DNA of 63,815 bases from Leucoraja ocellata (lineage: Eukaryota). Below are positions 51,786 to 63,815 of the stretch, one piece after another (position 1 is the first letter of the stretch; the number at the start of each line of letters is the position of its first letter). The stretch is taken from NCBI GenBank assembly GCA_036785375.1, contig JAWMAR010000471.1, forward strand, positions 1,054,001-1,117,815, written 5' to 3'. Below the pieces are notes generated by a model, which was not told the origin of the DNA, searched no databases, and saw only the letters and a list, made by a program, of their open reading frames with translations. The position numbers and the translations under genes were made by a program.

Positions 51786-54465
51786 TTTAATGCGAAGGTC
51801 CAGGCGATCACTCCTTGTGCTGCCGCTCAGCGGTTGTCAGCGAAACAAACCAATATCTGGCATATTTATAATGTAAATAAAGGGAAAAACAGGCAACGAG
51901 ATTACATCCCCTGTGGACATTACTTACACACTTCTGAACAAACATCTACTGTTTTCCGTGTAATACTAAAAATCACCTTAGTCTTAAACTGTGTCCCCTG
52001 GTTCTGCACGCCCCCAACATCGGGAACATGGTTCGTGACTCTAGAGTGTCCAAACCCTCAATAATCTTATATGTTTAAATAAGACCCCCTCTCATTCTTC
52101 CAAATTCCAGAGTATACAAGCTCAGTCGCTCCATTCTCTCAGCATGTAACAGCCAAACCATTCCGGGAATTAACCGTGTGAACGAACGCTGCATTCCCTT
52201 AGTAGCAAGACTGTTGGACCGGCTAGATGCAGGAAAAATGGTCCGTATATTGATAGAGCACAGAAACAGATGTCCCAGTTTAAGGATAAGTGGTAGGCCA
52301 TTAAGAAACATAGAAACAGAAAATTCGATGCCGGAGTAGGCCATTCGGTCCTTCGAGCCAGAACCACCATCCAATGTGATCGTGGCAGATCATCTAAAAT
52401 ATGTACCCCGTTCCTGTTTATTCCCCATATCCTATGATACCTTTGGCCCCAAGAGATAAATCTAACTCTCTCTTGAAACATCCAGTGAATTGTCCTCCAC
52501 TCTAATCTGTGGCAAAAAAACTCCACAGATTCACAACTCTCTGGGTGAAATAGAATTTCCCTCATCTGAGTCCAAAATTACCTATCCTTATTCTTAAACG
52601 TTGACTCCCTGTTCTGGACACCCCCAACATCGGGAACATGTTTCCTGCATCTAGCCCATTCAACTCTTTTAGAATTGTATGTTTCTATAAAATCCCTCTC
52701 ATCCTTCAAAATGCCAGTGAATACAAGCACACTCAACCCATTCTTTCATCATATGTCAGTCCCGCCATCGCGGGAACTAATCTGGAGAACCGATGCTGCA
52801 CTTCCTCAATAATAATCATGTCCTTCCACAAATTAGGAGACCAAAATCATTCACAAATGCGGTCTCAACAGGGCCCAAAACCACTTAGGACTGAGATAAG
52901 GAAAATCTATTTCACCCAGAGAGTTGTGAATCTGTGGAATGCTCTACCACAGAAGGCAGTGGAGGGCAATTCACTGGAAGATTTCACGAGAGAGTTAGAT
53001 TTAGCTCTTATGGCTAATCGAAACAAGGGATAGAAACATAGAAACATAGAAAATAGGTGCAGGAGTAGGCCATTGGGCCCTTCGAGCCTGCACCGCCATT
53101 CGATAGGATCATGGCTGATCATCCAACTCAGTATCCCATCCCTGCCTTCTCTCCATACCCCCTGACCCCTTTAGCCACAAGGGCCACATCTAACTCCCTC
53201 TTAAATATAGCCAATGGACTGGCCTCAACTACCTTCTGAGGCAAGGAGTTCCACAGATTCACCACTCTCGGTGTAAAACATGATTTTCTCATCTCGGTCC
53301 TAAAAGACTTCCCTCTTATCCTTAAACTGTGACCCCTAGTTCTGGACTTCCCCACCGTCGGGAATAATCTCCCTGCATCTAGCCTGTCCAACCCCTTAAG
53401 AATTTAGTAAGTTTCTATAAGATCCCCCCTCAATCTTTTGAATTCCAGCGTGTACAAGCCGAGTCTATCCAGTCTTTTTTCATATGAAAGTCCTGCCATC
53501 CCAGGAATCAGTCTGGTGAACCTTCTCTGTACTCCCTCTATGGCAAAAATGTATTTCCTCAGATTAGGAGACCAACACTGTACGCAATACTCCAGGTGTG
53601 GTCTCACCAAGACCCTGTACAACTGCAGTAGAACCTCCCTACTCTTATACTCAAAACCTTATAGGGGGAGAAAGCAGGAACGGGGTACTGATTTTAAATA
53701 GAAACATGGAAACATAGAAAAATAGCTGCAGGAGGAGGCTATTTGGCCCTTCGAGTCAGCACCGCCATGCATATTGATCGTGGCTGCTCATCCACTATCG
53801 GTAACGCGTGCCTGCCTCCTCATGTCTCTTCATTCTCCCAGCCCCAAGAGCTCTATCTAGCTCTCTTTTCATTTCATCCAGTGAATTGGCCTCCACTGCC
53901 CTTTGTGACAGAATTCCCCATATGCCCAACTCTCTCGGTGAAAAAGATTTTTCTCATCTCAATTTTAAATGCCCTCCCCTTTACTCTTAGACGATGGCCC
54001 CTGGTTCTGGACTCCCATAGCAGTTGCAAAAAAAAATCCTGCCTCTAGCGTGACCAGTCCTTTTATAATTGTTTCTGTTTCCACAAGGCGCCCACTCATC
54101 GTTCTAAATTCCAGTGAATAAATGCCCAATCTTTCTAATCTTTCCTCTTATGAGTCCCGCCATACCGTGGGTTACCCTTGTGAACCACGCTGCACTCCCT
54201 CCATAGCAAGGATTTCCTTCTCCAAATTGGGAGACCAAAACTGCACACAATACTGCAGATGTTGGCTCACCAAGGTCCTGCACAACTGCAGAAGGAACTG
54301 TACTCCTATGCGCAAATCCTCACGTTATGAAGGCCAACATGCCATTAGCTTTCTTCACTACCTGGTGTAGCTGAATGTTCGCATTAAGTGACTGGTGGAC
54401 AAGGACACCCAAGTCTCGTCGCACATCCCTTTTCCCCCAAATCTGACACCATTGAGATAATAATC

Positions 54466-54700
54466 ACACACGTGTGAATGTGTGTGAATGTGTGTGAGTG
54501 TTTGGTGGTGGTCGGAGGGGCCGTAGGCGCAGATTAGCAGCCACGCTTCCGTCAGTCTACCCCGGGGCAGCTGTCGCTACAGAAGTAGATCACCACCACC
54601 GAGTGTGACTGTGGAGTGAATGAATAATGCGATGTAAAGCGCCTTGAGTATCTAGAAAGGCGCTATATAAATCCCATCCATTATTATTATTAATAATAAT
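54466..54700 (+). mobile_element. SINE 3' portion with L2-like tail inserted in a CR1 fragment
   Basis: GGTGGTCGGAGGGGCC...GGGCAGCTG...TGTAAAGCGCCTTGAG...GGCGCTATATAAAT(TAT)n. Absent at the paralogous site near 37815. Confidence 0.6.
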
Positions 54701-57700
54701 CTGCTTCCATGCTCTTGCCGTCAAAGTGGATAACCTCACATTTACCTACATTATGCAGCATGTGCCATGAGTCTGCCCACTCACTAAACCTGTCCAGGTC
54801 ACCTTACATCTACCTCGCATCCTATTCGCAGTTCACATTACATCCCGCCTCTGTGTCATCTGCAAATTTGCTCGTGTTACTTTTAAATCCATCAGATGTA
54901 TCATTAATATCTATTGTCAATAGCTGCGGCCCCTGCATCGAGCCTTGCGGCATTCTACTCGCCACTGCCTGCCATTCTGACAGGTAAATCCTTCATCCAT
55001 TTTACTTGTCATATTCTCAAAACATTCCAGAAGATTTGTCAAGCAGCATTTACGCTTCATAAATCCACGCCGACTTGGACCAATCTTTTAATTGTGTACA
55101 AATGCGCCGTTATTACGTCTTTGATAATTGACTCCAGCATCTTCCCCAGCTCCGATGTCAGGCCAACTGTTTTCTAACTTCCCGTTTTAGCTCTCGCTCC
55201 TTTCTTGAAAAGTGGGATAACGTCAACTACTCTCCAATCCACATGAACTGATCCTGAATCTATTGAACATTGGAAATGATCACCAATACGTCCACGATTT
55301 CTAGAGCCACGACCTTGAATCCCCTGGGATGTTGACCGTCAGATCCTAGGGATTTATCAGCCTTCAGTCCCAGCGGTTTACCCAATACTATTTATGGCCC
55401 AATGCAAATTTCTTTCAGTTTCTCCGTCTGTCTTATAGACAATAGACAATAGACAATAGGTGCAGGAGTAGGCCATTCGGCCCTTCGAGCCAGCACCGCC
55501 ATTCAATGTGATCATGACTGATCATCCCCAATCAGCACCCCGTTCCTGCCTTCTCCCCATATCCCCTAACTCCGCTATTTTTAAGAGCCCTATCTAGATC
55601 ACTCTTGAAAGCATCCAGAGATCCCGCCTCCACCGCCCTCTAAAGTAGATCATTCCACAGGCTCACCACTCTCTGTGAGATAAAGTGTTTCCTCGTATCC
55701 GTTCTAAATGGCTTACTCCTTATTCTTAAATTGTGGCCCCTGGTTCTGGACTCCCCCAACATCGGGAACATGTTTCCTGCCTCTAGCGTGTCCAGGCCCT
55801 TAACTATCTTATATGTTTCAATGAGATACCCTCTCATCCTTCTAAACTCCAGAGGGTACAAGACCAGCTGCTCTATCCTCTCAGCATATGAGAGTCCCGC
55901 CATCCCGGTAATTAACCTTGTAAACCTACGCTGAACTCCCTCAATAGCAAGAATGTCCTTCCGCAAATTAGGGGACCAAAACTGCACACAATACTCCAGA
56001 CGTGGTCTCGCTAGGACTCTGTAATACGTCTCACTAGTCTTCTAGTACATCTGGGAGATGTTTGTGTCTTAGTTAGCGAGGACGGAACTAAAGTACATGT
56101 TCAACTCTTCTGACATTTCCTTGTCACCCATAATAATATCAACTGCTTCTGCTGTTAAGGAACCCACATCTGCCTTTCCTATTCTTTTTCTCTTAACATA
56201 CCTAAATGTGTTTTTACAGCCCTTCTTTATATTCCTGGCGAGCTTACCTTTGTACTTCATCTTTTCACACCGTATTGCCCTTTCTGTTACTTCTGATGTT
56301 TCCCAATCATCTAGCTTCCCGCCATTCTTTGCTATTTTATTCATCTTTTCCTTTAGTTTTATACCGTCCGCAACATCCCTTGTCAGCCACGGTTGCCTCT
56401 TACACCCTTTAGAATAGTTCTTCATCTTTGGACTGAAATGATCCTGCATTTTCTGCATAATGGTCAGAAATTCCTGCTATTGCTGTTTCTCCGTCATTCC
56501 TGTTTGAATCATTCCCCAGTCGACCTTGGCCAGCTTTTCTCTCATGCCGTCATAGACCCCCTTGTTCAACGGCAACACTGACAATTCTGATTTAACTTTC
56601 TCCCTCTCAAATTGCAGATTAAAACTTATCATATGATGGTCACTACCTCCTTGCGGTTCCTTACCTAGATTTCCCCTACTAAATTTGGTGGATTAGACAA
56701 CACTAAATCCAGAATTGCATTCTCTCTTGTATGCTCCAATGCAAGTTGCTTTAAAAATCCATCTCAGAGGCACTCTACAAACTCCCTTTCTTGTGTTCCA
56801 GAACCAACCTGATTTCAGTCAGTCCCTCTATCAACCCTCGCAAGGGCGTCCATTTCACCCTCACCAACAGAGCTACCCCACCTCCAGTGCCCAAATGCCT
56901 GGATCATATTGAATGTCAGTGCTGTCTCGAAAGGAGAATGACCTACGCATACAGCTATTTTCTGTGGTTCTGTGTTTCACCATCCCTGCTGGTGACTGCA
57001 TTCATTGCAATCTGTGTGTTACCTTTCACTGGGTCATTGACAGTCGGAATTATACCGGTACCCAACCCGACTGGGGCCTCGCGTTGACCTTTCGTCGATG
57101 TTATAAGCCGCGGTGCAGCAATTCCCACCACCTTTGGCCGTCCAGCCTCTCATCAAACAAACAAACAATAAAACAGGCCTTGCACTGGCCGTCCTGCATC
57201 ATTGCGGAGTTGCACAGGGGAGCGGCTGCCTCGGCTGACAAAACACCTCCGCCACCCGTTCAGTTTAGTTTATTTGTCACTTATACCAAGGTACAGAGAA
57301 AGACGTTTGTTGCATACTACCCAATCAGTGGAGAGAAAATACATGGTAACAATCGAACCATTCACAGTGTACATCTACATGATAAGGGAATACAGTGCAA
57401 GATAAAGCCATCAGTCCGATAAGGTTAATCAGAGGGTCAGCGTTGAGATAGATAGTAGTGCAGGATTGCTCTCTAGTTGTGGCAGGATGGTTCAGTTGCC
57501 TGATAACCGCTGGGAAGACAATCTCCCTGAATCTGGAGGTGTGAGTTTGCACACTCCTATATATTCTGCCCGATTGGAGCGAGGACTGTGCGTTCACCCT
57601 ATCCACTACCCCCCCCCCCCCCCCCCCAATATGTTCAGAAGCCTGAATTGTTCAAATTGTCTACTGAACGTCAGAGAAACGTCAGAACCACATCAGATGT

Positions 57701-57940
57701 TTCACATCAACTTCCAGGAACCAAACAAATCAGCAGGCGTAACGGTCCCCTTCTCAAACTCTCCCTCTCCTCGCACATCGATTGGGATGTTTTCAAATAT
57801 TCCCAGGACACCTCCCGCGCCTAAACCAACAGGCCAGCAGAGATTCCCGCTCAATTCTCCGGGATAGGCTGCAGGATCTGTCTGGCGACCTGGTTTCCAG
57901 CCTCTCGTCACGCAAACTATTTATTCCCTGAGAAGGCGCG

Positions 57941-58462
57941 ATGGGAATCATCCTGTTGTTTGTGCTGTCACTCTGCTTACGCCGTGAGTACCGGTCCCCT
58001 ACTCCCACACAGTGCGGGTTTAACATAAAACAACTCGAGTCCACTCCGACCTGAATTTCAAACGCTGCCCGCGATGTGTCCTTCTGCCATAGTTCGCCTC
58101 GAATTCCCACTCACCTCTCCCTGTGTTTAATCTACAGACTCCTTCAGTCAGTCAGTGACCCAGAGCCCGAATGCGGTGGCTGGAAAAGAGTGTGAGTTCG
58201 TCACCATCACCTGCCTTTTCCAAGAAGGTTCCCGGGGTTACTACGAATTTAATGTAGGACATTTCTTCAAGCAAGCACAACCCGGTGCTAAACGGCAACG
58301 GATCACAACAGGTGGACGGTTTGTTGTGTCAACCAATAAATTTACATTTACGTTGAAAATTCTTGGTTTGAGAGTTGAGGACATGGCCACATATTACTGT
58401 CAAGCTGAGTACAGGTGGAGCATACACAGTGATGGGCGTGCGGTTCCAGCAATACAAAAACC
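57941..58462 (+). CDS. NAR-TCR V, cassette 4: leader 57941-57983, V exon 58138-58424, 22-RSS 58425-58462; intact
   Basis: MGIILLFVLSLCLR with GTGAGT donor; SVTQSPNAVAGKECEFVTITC...EDMATYYCQAEYRWSI; CACAGTG-22-ACAAAAACC. Confidence 0.88.
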
Positions 58463-58787
58463 CTGACGGCAGATTCTAGTAGCAACGTGAAGACGCGAGG
58501 TGAATCCACCGGGTAAACACACGGGCCCGCTTTGTCCCGCCTGCCCTGCATTCTGGGTTGCACCGGATGAAATGCGTGCGATTCAAACAATGGGGTTTCT
58601 CTATTTGGCGAGTGCGGCTGGATAATGCCCCCTGTACCGAAAATGGTGGAAACCAACTGCCATCGAGAATGACTGACCACTCTTCTGATGCACAACTCCA
58701 GACGGGATCCAGTTACACAAACTTCAATCTGAAAAATGCATTCGCTGAACGTTAATCTCCTGCCCGCCCGTCTCGCCGGGCGCCTGG

Positions 58788-58858
58788 GGATTTGAAAGTG
58801 ACGTGTAACAACGTGTGGCAGCTGGATATCCACAGTGTAGGAGAGTCGAGTAAAAACT
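58788..58858 (+). other. D segment TGGCAGCTGGATATC (58816-58830) with 12/12 RSS, cassette 4
   Basis: Same RSS pair as the other D segments. Confidence 0.8.
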
Positions 58859-59169
58859 CACCCCATTCAAGATATATATTCTTGGGTTCCCCAACCAAAA
58901 TATAACGATTATTGTTCGTGACGCTGTAGTCCAGATAAATTACACAGGGATTACCACATTCCGTTAACATTCCTTAATAATTGGTTCCGTGTTTGTCAAA
59001 ACGCACAAGCCTGCGTGTGGGAGATCACTCTGCTCTTAGCACTGTTTCTTAGCGGGAACCGGTCGACCCACCGAGGTTTGGGGAGCAAGGCCATTTACTG
59101 GTTGGTCTGAAACTCCTGGAATAATTGGACAGCGATTCTAATGGTTGCCGGGCAAATCTATGTGAGGAC

Positions 59170-59266
59170 TGTTCGTGTACTGCGAGCATCGAGAGACGGG
59201 GCACTGTGGATTCATGGAGCACTTACTATCATGAAGGGACGGGGACTACGGTGACTGTCACAGCCG
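59170..59266 (+). other. J segment (59209-59266, DSWSTYYHEGTGTTVTVTA) with 23-RSS, cassette 4
   Basis: TGTTCGTGT-23-CACTGTG; donor GTAAGT at 59267. Confidence 0.88.
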
Positions 59267-62200
59267 GTAAGTACCCTAAACCTCTCTTATCCACAGTTGT
59301 TCTTGGAAATATTCAGTTCCCTTTAACATTGGATCACGAGGCATCAATTGCTTTCCAATTGAAACAGATTCTAGTGCCAGTAACTTGGCCTAGATGTTAC
59401 GGTACACGTGAGTCCAATGAGAGGATATGCCGGGCTCCCCGGGAGCACAACGTGAATCAGGTTGAAGAATAGCTACTTCCCCAAAGGATCGAGAACACCA
59501 TACCGTGCCAACCACAGCTATGAAATTCTATGCAGACACAAGTAAATGCGGACGCTGACATCGGATTCTGAAGTCTAGATTACAAATGTCGGCTATCAAT
59601 GTTCTCCTGAAATGCTGCCTGACCCACGGAGTTATTCCTACCACACCCGCTGTGAGCGAAAGCCTGTGAAACAAACTATGTCTTACTCCAGGAAACAGAG
59701 GGAGGTTGGCGGGAGAGTAGATGGGCTGTGAGTGAATCTGGACCATCTGAAAACATTCCACTAACTGAAATCAAACGACAGCTGGCAGACCTGTTGACAC
59801 GGTTCTCTGGAGGGTGGAAATATGAACCGCAAGCAGCAAAAAGCGGGCATTCTAGATTAAAAACCAAAATCGTTCTTCAATTAAATGAAGGTAAAATGTA
59901 GAAGGACGTGGCCCAGTGAACGAAAAAAAACACAACTCTTGATACATAGAGGGCAAAGCATTTATCCCGGGTTGTGTAAATTCCACTTAAAAGATGACCT
60001 TCCAGTTGTTAATCACAGAAGGCTGTGGAGGCCAAGTCAGGGGGAAAATAAGGCAGAGATATATAGCTTTTTGATTAGTCGAGGCGTCGGAGGTTTTGAC
60101 ATTGCGGAGAAGGCAGAAGATTGCGGTTTGGAGGGTGACATAGTTCAGCTATTATTGAATGGCTGAGTGGGCCTGATGGGTCGAATAGAACTTGACTATA
60201 TCCAGGAAGGGATACACTTCAGTCAAGCTGTGGGGAGAATGACTAGTTCTATTGTTTTAACGCCAAGAACCAATTACAAAATGCTAGAGAACCGAGTAAG
60301 ATAATTTGTCTCATTCACCGGATCCCGACTCACTGAATCAGCTCCACTATTATTCCGTGCTCGCTTTGACTGTTCCCACAGCCTGGAATATTTCCAATTT
60401 CACTTTCATAATCAGAGTTTGACCTCGCGTATATTCGTCAGTGATTTTCTCCACGGTGGCGCAACGGTAACGGTAGAGGTGCTGCCTAACAGCGCGTTTA
60501 GCACCAGAGACCCGAGTACGATCCAGACTCCGGGTGTTGGCTGCACAGAGTTTGTATGTTCTCCCCATAATCTGTGTGGGTTTTCTCCGAGATAGAACCA
60601 TAGAAACATAGAAAATATGTGCAGGATTAGGCTATTCGGCCCTTCGAGCCTGCACCGCCATTCAATATGATCATGGCTGATCATCCAACTCAGTATCCTG
60701 TACCTGCCTTCTCTCCATACCCCCTGATCCCTTTAGCCACAAGAGCCACATCTAACTCCCTCTTAAATATCGCCAATGAACTGGTCTCAACTACCTTCTG
60801 CGGGAGAGAATTCCACAGATTCACCACTCTCTGTGTGAAAAAAGATTTCCTCATCTCTGTCCTAAAAGATTTCCCCTTTATCATTAAACTGTGACCCCTT
60901 GTTCTGGACTTCTCCAACATCGGGAACAATCTACCTGCATCTAGCCTGTCCAACCCCTTAAGAATTTTGTAAGTTTCTATAAGATCCCCCCTCAATCTTC
61001 TAATTTCTAGCGAGTACAAACCGAGTTTTCCCACTGAGAGGAGGGAAGATGCAAACAAGGGGACATGACTTGAGAATTAAGGGACAGAAGTTTAAGGGTA
61101 ACATGAGGGGGAACTTCTTTACTCAGAGAGTGATGGCTGTGTGGAATGAGCTTCCAGCGAAGGTGGTGGAGGCAGGTTCGTTTTTATCATTTAAAAATAA
61201 ATTGGACAGTTATATGGACGAGAAAGGAGTGGAGTGTTATGGTCTGAGCGCAGGTATATGGGACTAGGGGAGAATACGTGTTCGGCACGGACTAGAAGGG
61301 TCGAGATGGCCTGTTTCCGTGCTGTAATTGGTATATGGTTATATGTTATATGGTTATATGACTATCCAGTCTTTCTTCATATGAAAGTCCTGACATCCCA
61401 GGAATCAGTCTGGTGAACGTTCTCTGTACTCCCTCTATGGCAAGAATGTCTTTCCTCAGAGTAGGAGACCAAAACTGTACGCAATACTCCAGGTGTGGTC
61501 TCACCAAGACACTGTACAACTGCAGTAGAACCTCCCTGCTCCTATAATCTGGGGCTTCTTATAATAGGGACACTCGAAATACGGACAGTGTTGAAGGGTT
61601 ATTGGCGCTCTATAAATGTAAATATTCCACCGTGTGTGTAGGATAGTGTTAATGTGCGGGGATTGCAGGGCGGCGCGGACTTGGTAGGCCGAAGGGCCCG
61701 TTTCCGCGCTGTGTCCCTAAACTAAACTGAACTGAACTAAACTGAACTGAACTGAACTGAACTCCTTGAAGGTGGAATCTCATATAGATAGGGTGGTAAA
61801 GAAAGCTTTTGGTATGCTAGCCTTTATAAATCAGAGCATTGAGTATAGAAGCTGGGATGTAATGTTAAAATTGTACAAGGGGTGGTGAGACCAAATCTGG
61901 AGTATGGTGTACAATTTTGGTCGCCCAATTATAGGAAGGATGTCAACAAAATAGAGAGAGTACAGAGGAGATTTACTAGAATGTTGCCTAGGTTTCAACA
62001 ACTAAGTTACAGAGATAGGTTGAATAAGTTAGGTCTTTATTCTCTGGAGCGCAGAAGGTTAAGGGGGGAATTGATAGAGGTCTTTAAAATGATGAGAGGG
62101 ATAGACAGAGTTGATATGGACAAGCTTTTCCCTTTGAGAATAGGGAAGATTCAAACAAGAGGACATGACTTCAGAATTAAGGGACAGAAGTTTAGGGGTA

Positions 62201-63307
62201 ACATGAGGGGGAACTTCTTTACTCAGAGAGTGGTAGCGGTGTGGAATGAGCTTCCAGTGGAAGTGGTGGCGGCATGTTCGTTGGTATAATGTGGATAAGT
62301 GTGAGGTTATGCATTCTGGTGGCAAAAACAGCAAAGCAGACTATTATCTAAATGGTGGCCGACTAGGAAAAGGGGAGATGCAGCGAGACCTGGTTGTCAT
62401 GGTACACCAGTCATTGAAAGTAGGCATGCAGGTGCAGCAGGCAGTGAAGAAAGCGAATGGTATGTTAGCTTTCATTGCAAAAGGATACGAGTATAGGAGC
62501 AGGGAGGTTCTACTGCAGTTGTACAGGGTCTTGGCGAGACCACACCTGGAGTATTGCGTACAGTTTTGGTCTCCAAATCTGAGGAAGGACATTATTGCCA
62601 TAGAGGAGTGCACAGAAGGTTCACCAGACTGATAACACCAGACAAGGGTCGCAGCTTAAGGATAAGGGGGAAATCCTTTAAAACTGAGACGAGAAGAACT
62701 TTTACACACAGAGTGGTGAATCTCTGGAACTCTCTGCCACGGAGGGTAGTCGAGGCCAGTTCATTGGCTATATTTAAGAGGGAGTTAGATGTGACCCTTG
62801 TGGCTAAGGGGATCAGAGGGTATGGAGAGAAGGCAGGTACGGGATACTGAGTTGGATGATCAGCCATGATCATATTGAATGGCGGTGCAGGCTCGAAGGG
62901 CCGAATGGCCTCTACTTCTGCACCTAATTTCTATGTTTCTATGTATCATTTAAAAATAAATTGGATAGGCATATGGATGAGAAGAGAATGGAGGGTTATG
63001 GTATGAGTGCAGGCAGGTGGGACTAAGGGAAAAAAAGTTGTTCGGCACGGACTTGTAGGGCCGAGATGGCCTGTTTCCGTGCTGTAATTGTTCCGTGCTG
63101 TAAACCAAACTATACTAAAGAAAACTAACCTAAACGAAATTAAATCTCCACTCGGCGAGGGAACAATTCAAGGATCCATAAATAACGTTTCCATACATTT
63201 TGCAAACATGTGATGAACTACCGGAGACGGTAACTAGTTTCTGTGTGTGTCACAGTCTCCAACAGTCAATGTTAAAACAATAACTATTCCCCTGTTATTT
63301 TCCGCAG

Positions 63308-63651
63308 ATACATTTCCGCGGGTTCCCAGAGTCCGCCTCAACAATCCTCTCTTTCTGGTGACACTGCCACCTTTAACTGCGTATATTCCGGATTCTGCTC
63401 GTACACAGTACACTGGTACCGACAGTTCCCAGGGCAGGCTCTGGAATTCCTGCTCCAAAGACACACTTCAGGAAAGCAAGACGAGGAAGAGGCTGCCGAA
63501 GGTCGTATTTCTGGTTCTCTCGATCCTGCCCAGAAAATCAGTCAGTTAACGCTCTCTGAATTACTGCCGAGCGACGAGGCTGTGTATTACTGTGGGATGA
63601 GTCCGCGCATCGCACAGTGGCACAGCGCAGTGAGATAGCTGTACCAAAACC
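63308..63651 (+). pseudogene. Leaderless supporting V, cassette 4 (exon 63308-63612, 23-RSS 63613-63651) with a 1-nt loss at the exon start
   Basis: AG|ATACATTTCC versus AG|ATTCCATTTCC in cassette 2 shifts the frame. The rest reads intact (AGSQSP...YYCGMSPRI). Confidence 0.78.
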
Positions 63652-63815
63652 TCAGCGTGGCGGGATACAGGCACACAGCCCTGCAGAACATCTGGGGCGC
63701 TAACCGAGAACCTCAGTGTAGTATGGATTGTTTACACGTTGCCACGGAAGGAGGGAAAGACAAAATTATAAAGATAAATTATGTTGAGACATACAGAAAC
63801 ACAATTAGTCTGGGA

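Larger units (their letters stand above)
47462..55266 (+). repeat. Segmental duplicate of about 33052-38380 (GPCR half of the repeat unit)
   Basis: Colinear from GTATCTCTACAGG through the GPCR and its upstream CR1 nest, with copy-specific insertions. Confidence 0.88.

Overview
Eukaryotic, repeat-rich DNA from a cartilaginous fish, most likely a skate or ray. That assignment is inferred from the NAR-type V segments, the CR1/HE1-like retroposons and the GPR139-like GPCRs. The window is part of an antigen-receptor locus. It holds three NAR-TCR-type cassettes on + (leader, VNAR-like V with 22-RSS, one D with 12/12 RSS, J with 23-RSS, then a leaderless 'supporting' TCR-delta-type V with 23-RSS) at about 4.9-9.9, 24.2-30.0 and 57.9-63.7 kb. 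A fourth, inverted leader+V runs into an assembly gap at about 41.6-42.1 kb. No constant exons are present. The most notable feature is that two-exon class A orphan GPCR genes (GPR139/142-like, on -) alternate with the cassettes and appear to belong to the same duplicating unit. The three GPCR paralogs are nearly identical in their intracellular parts but differ sharply in the N-terminus, ECL2 and ECL3. The remainder is CR1, L2, Rex1/Babar-like, Tx1 and Penelope-derived pieces, SINEs, and a Gypsy LTR element whose two flanks come from different parts of the repeat unit (an inversion breakpoint or a mis-join). There are two N gaps (10062-10269, 41412-41611). All family assignments come from motif recognition by eye; no database search was run.
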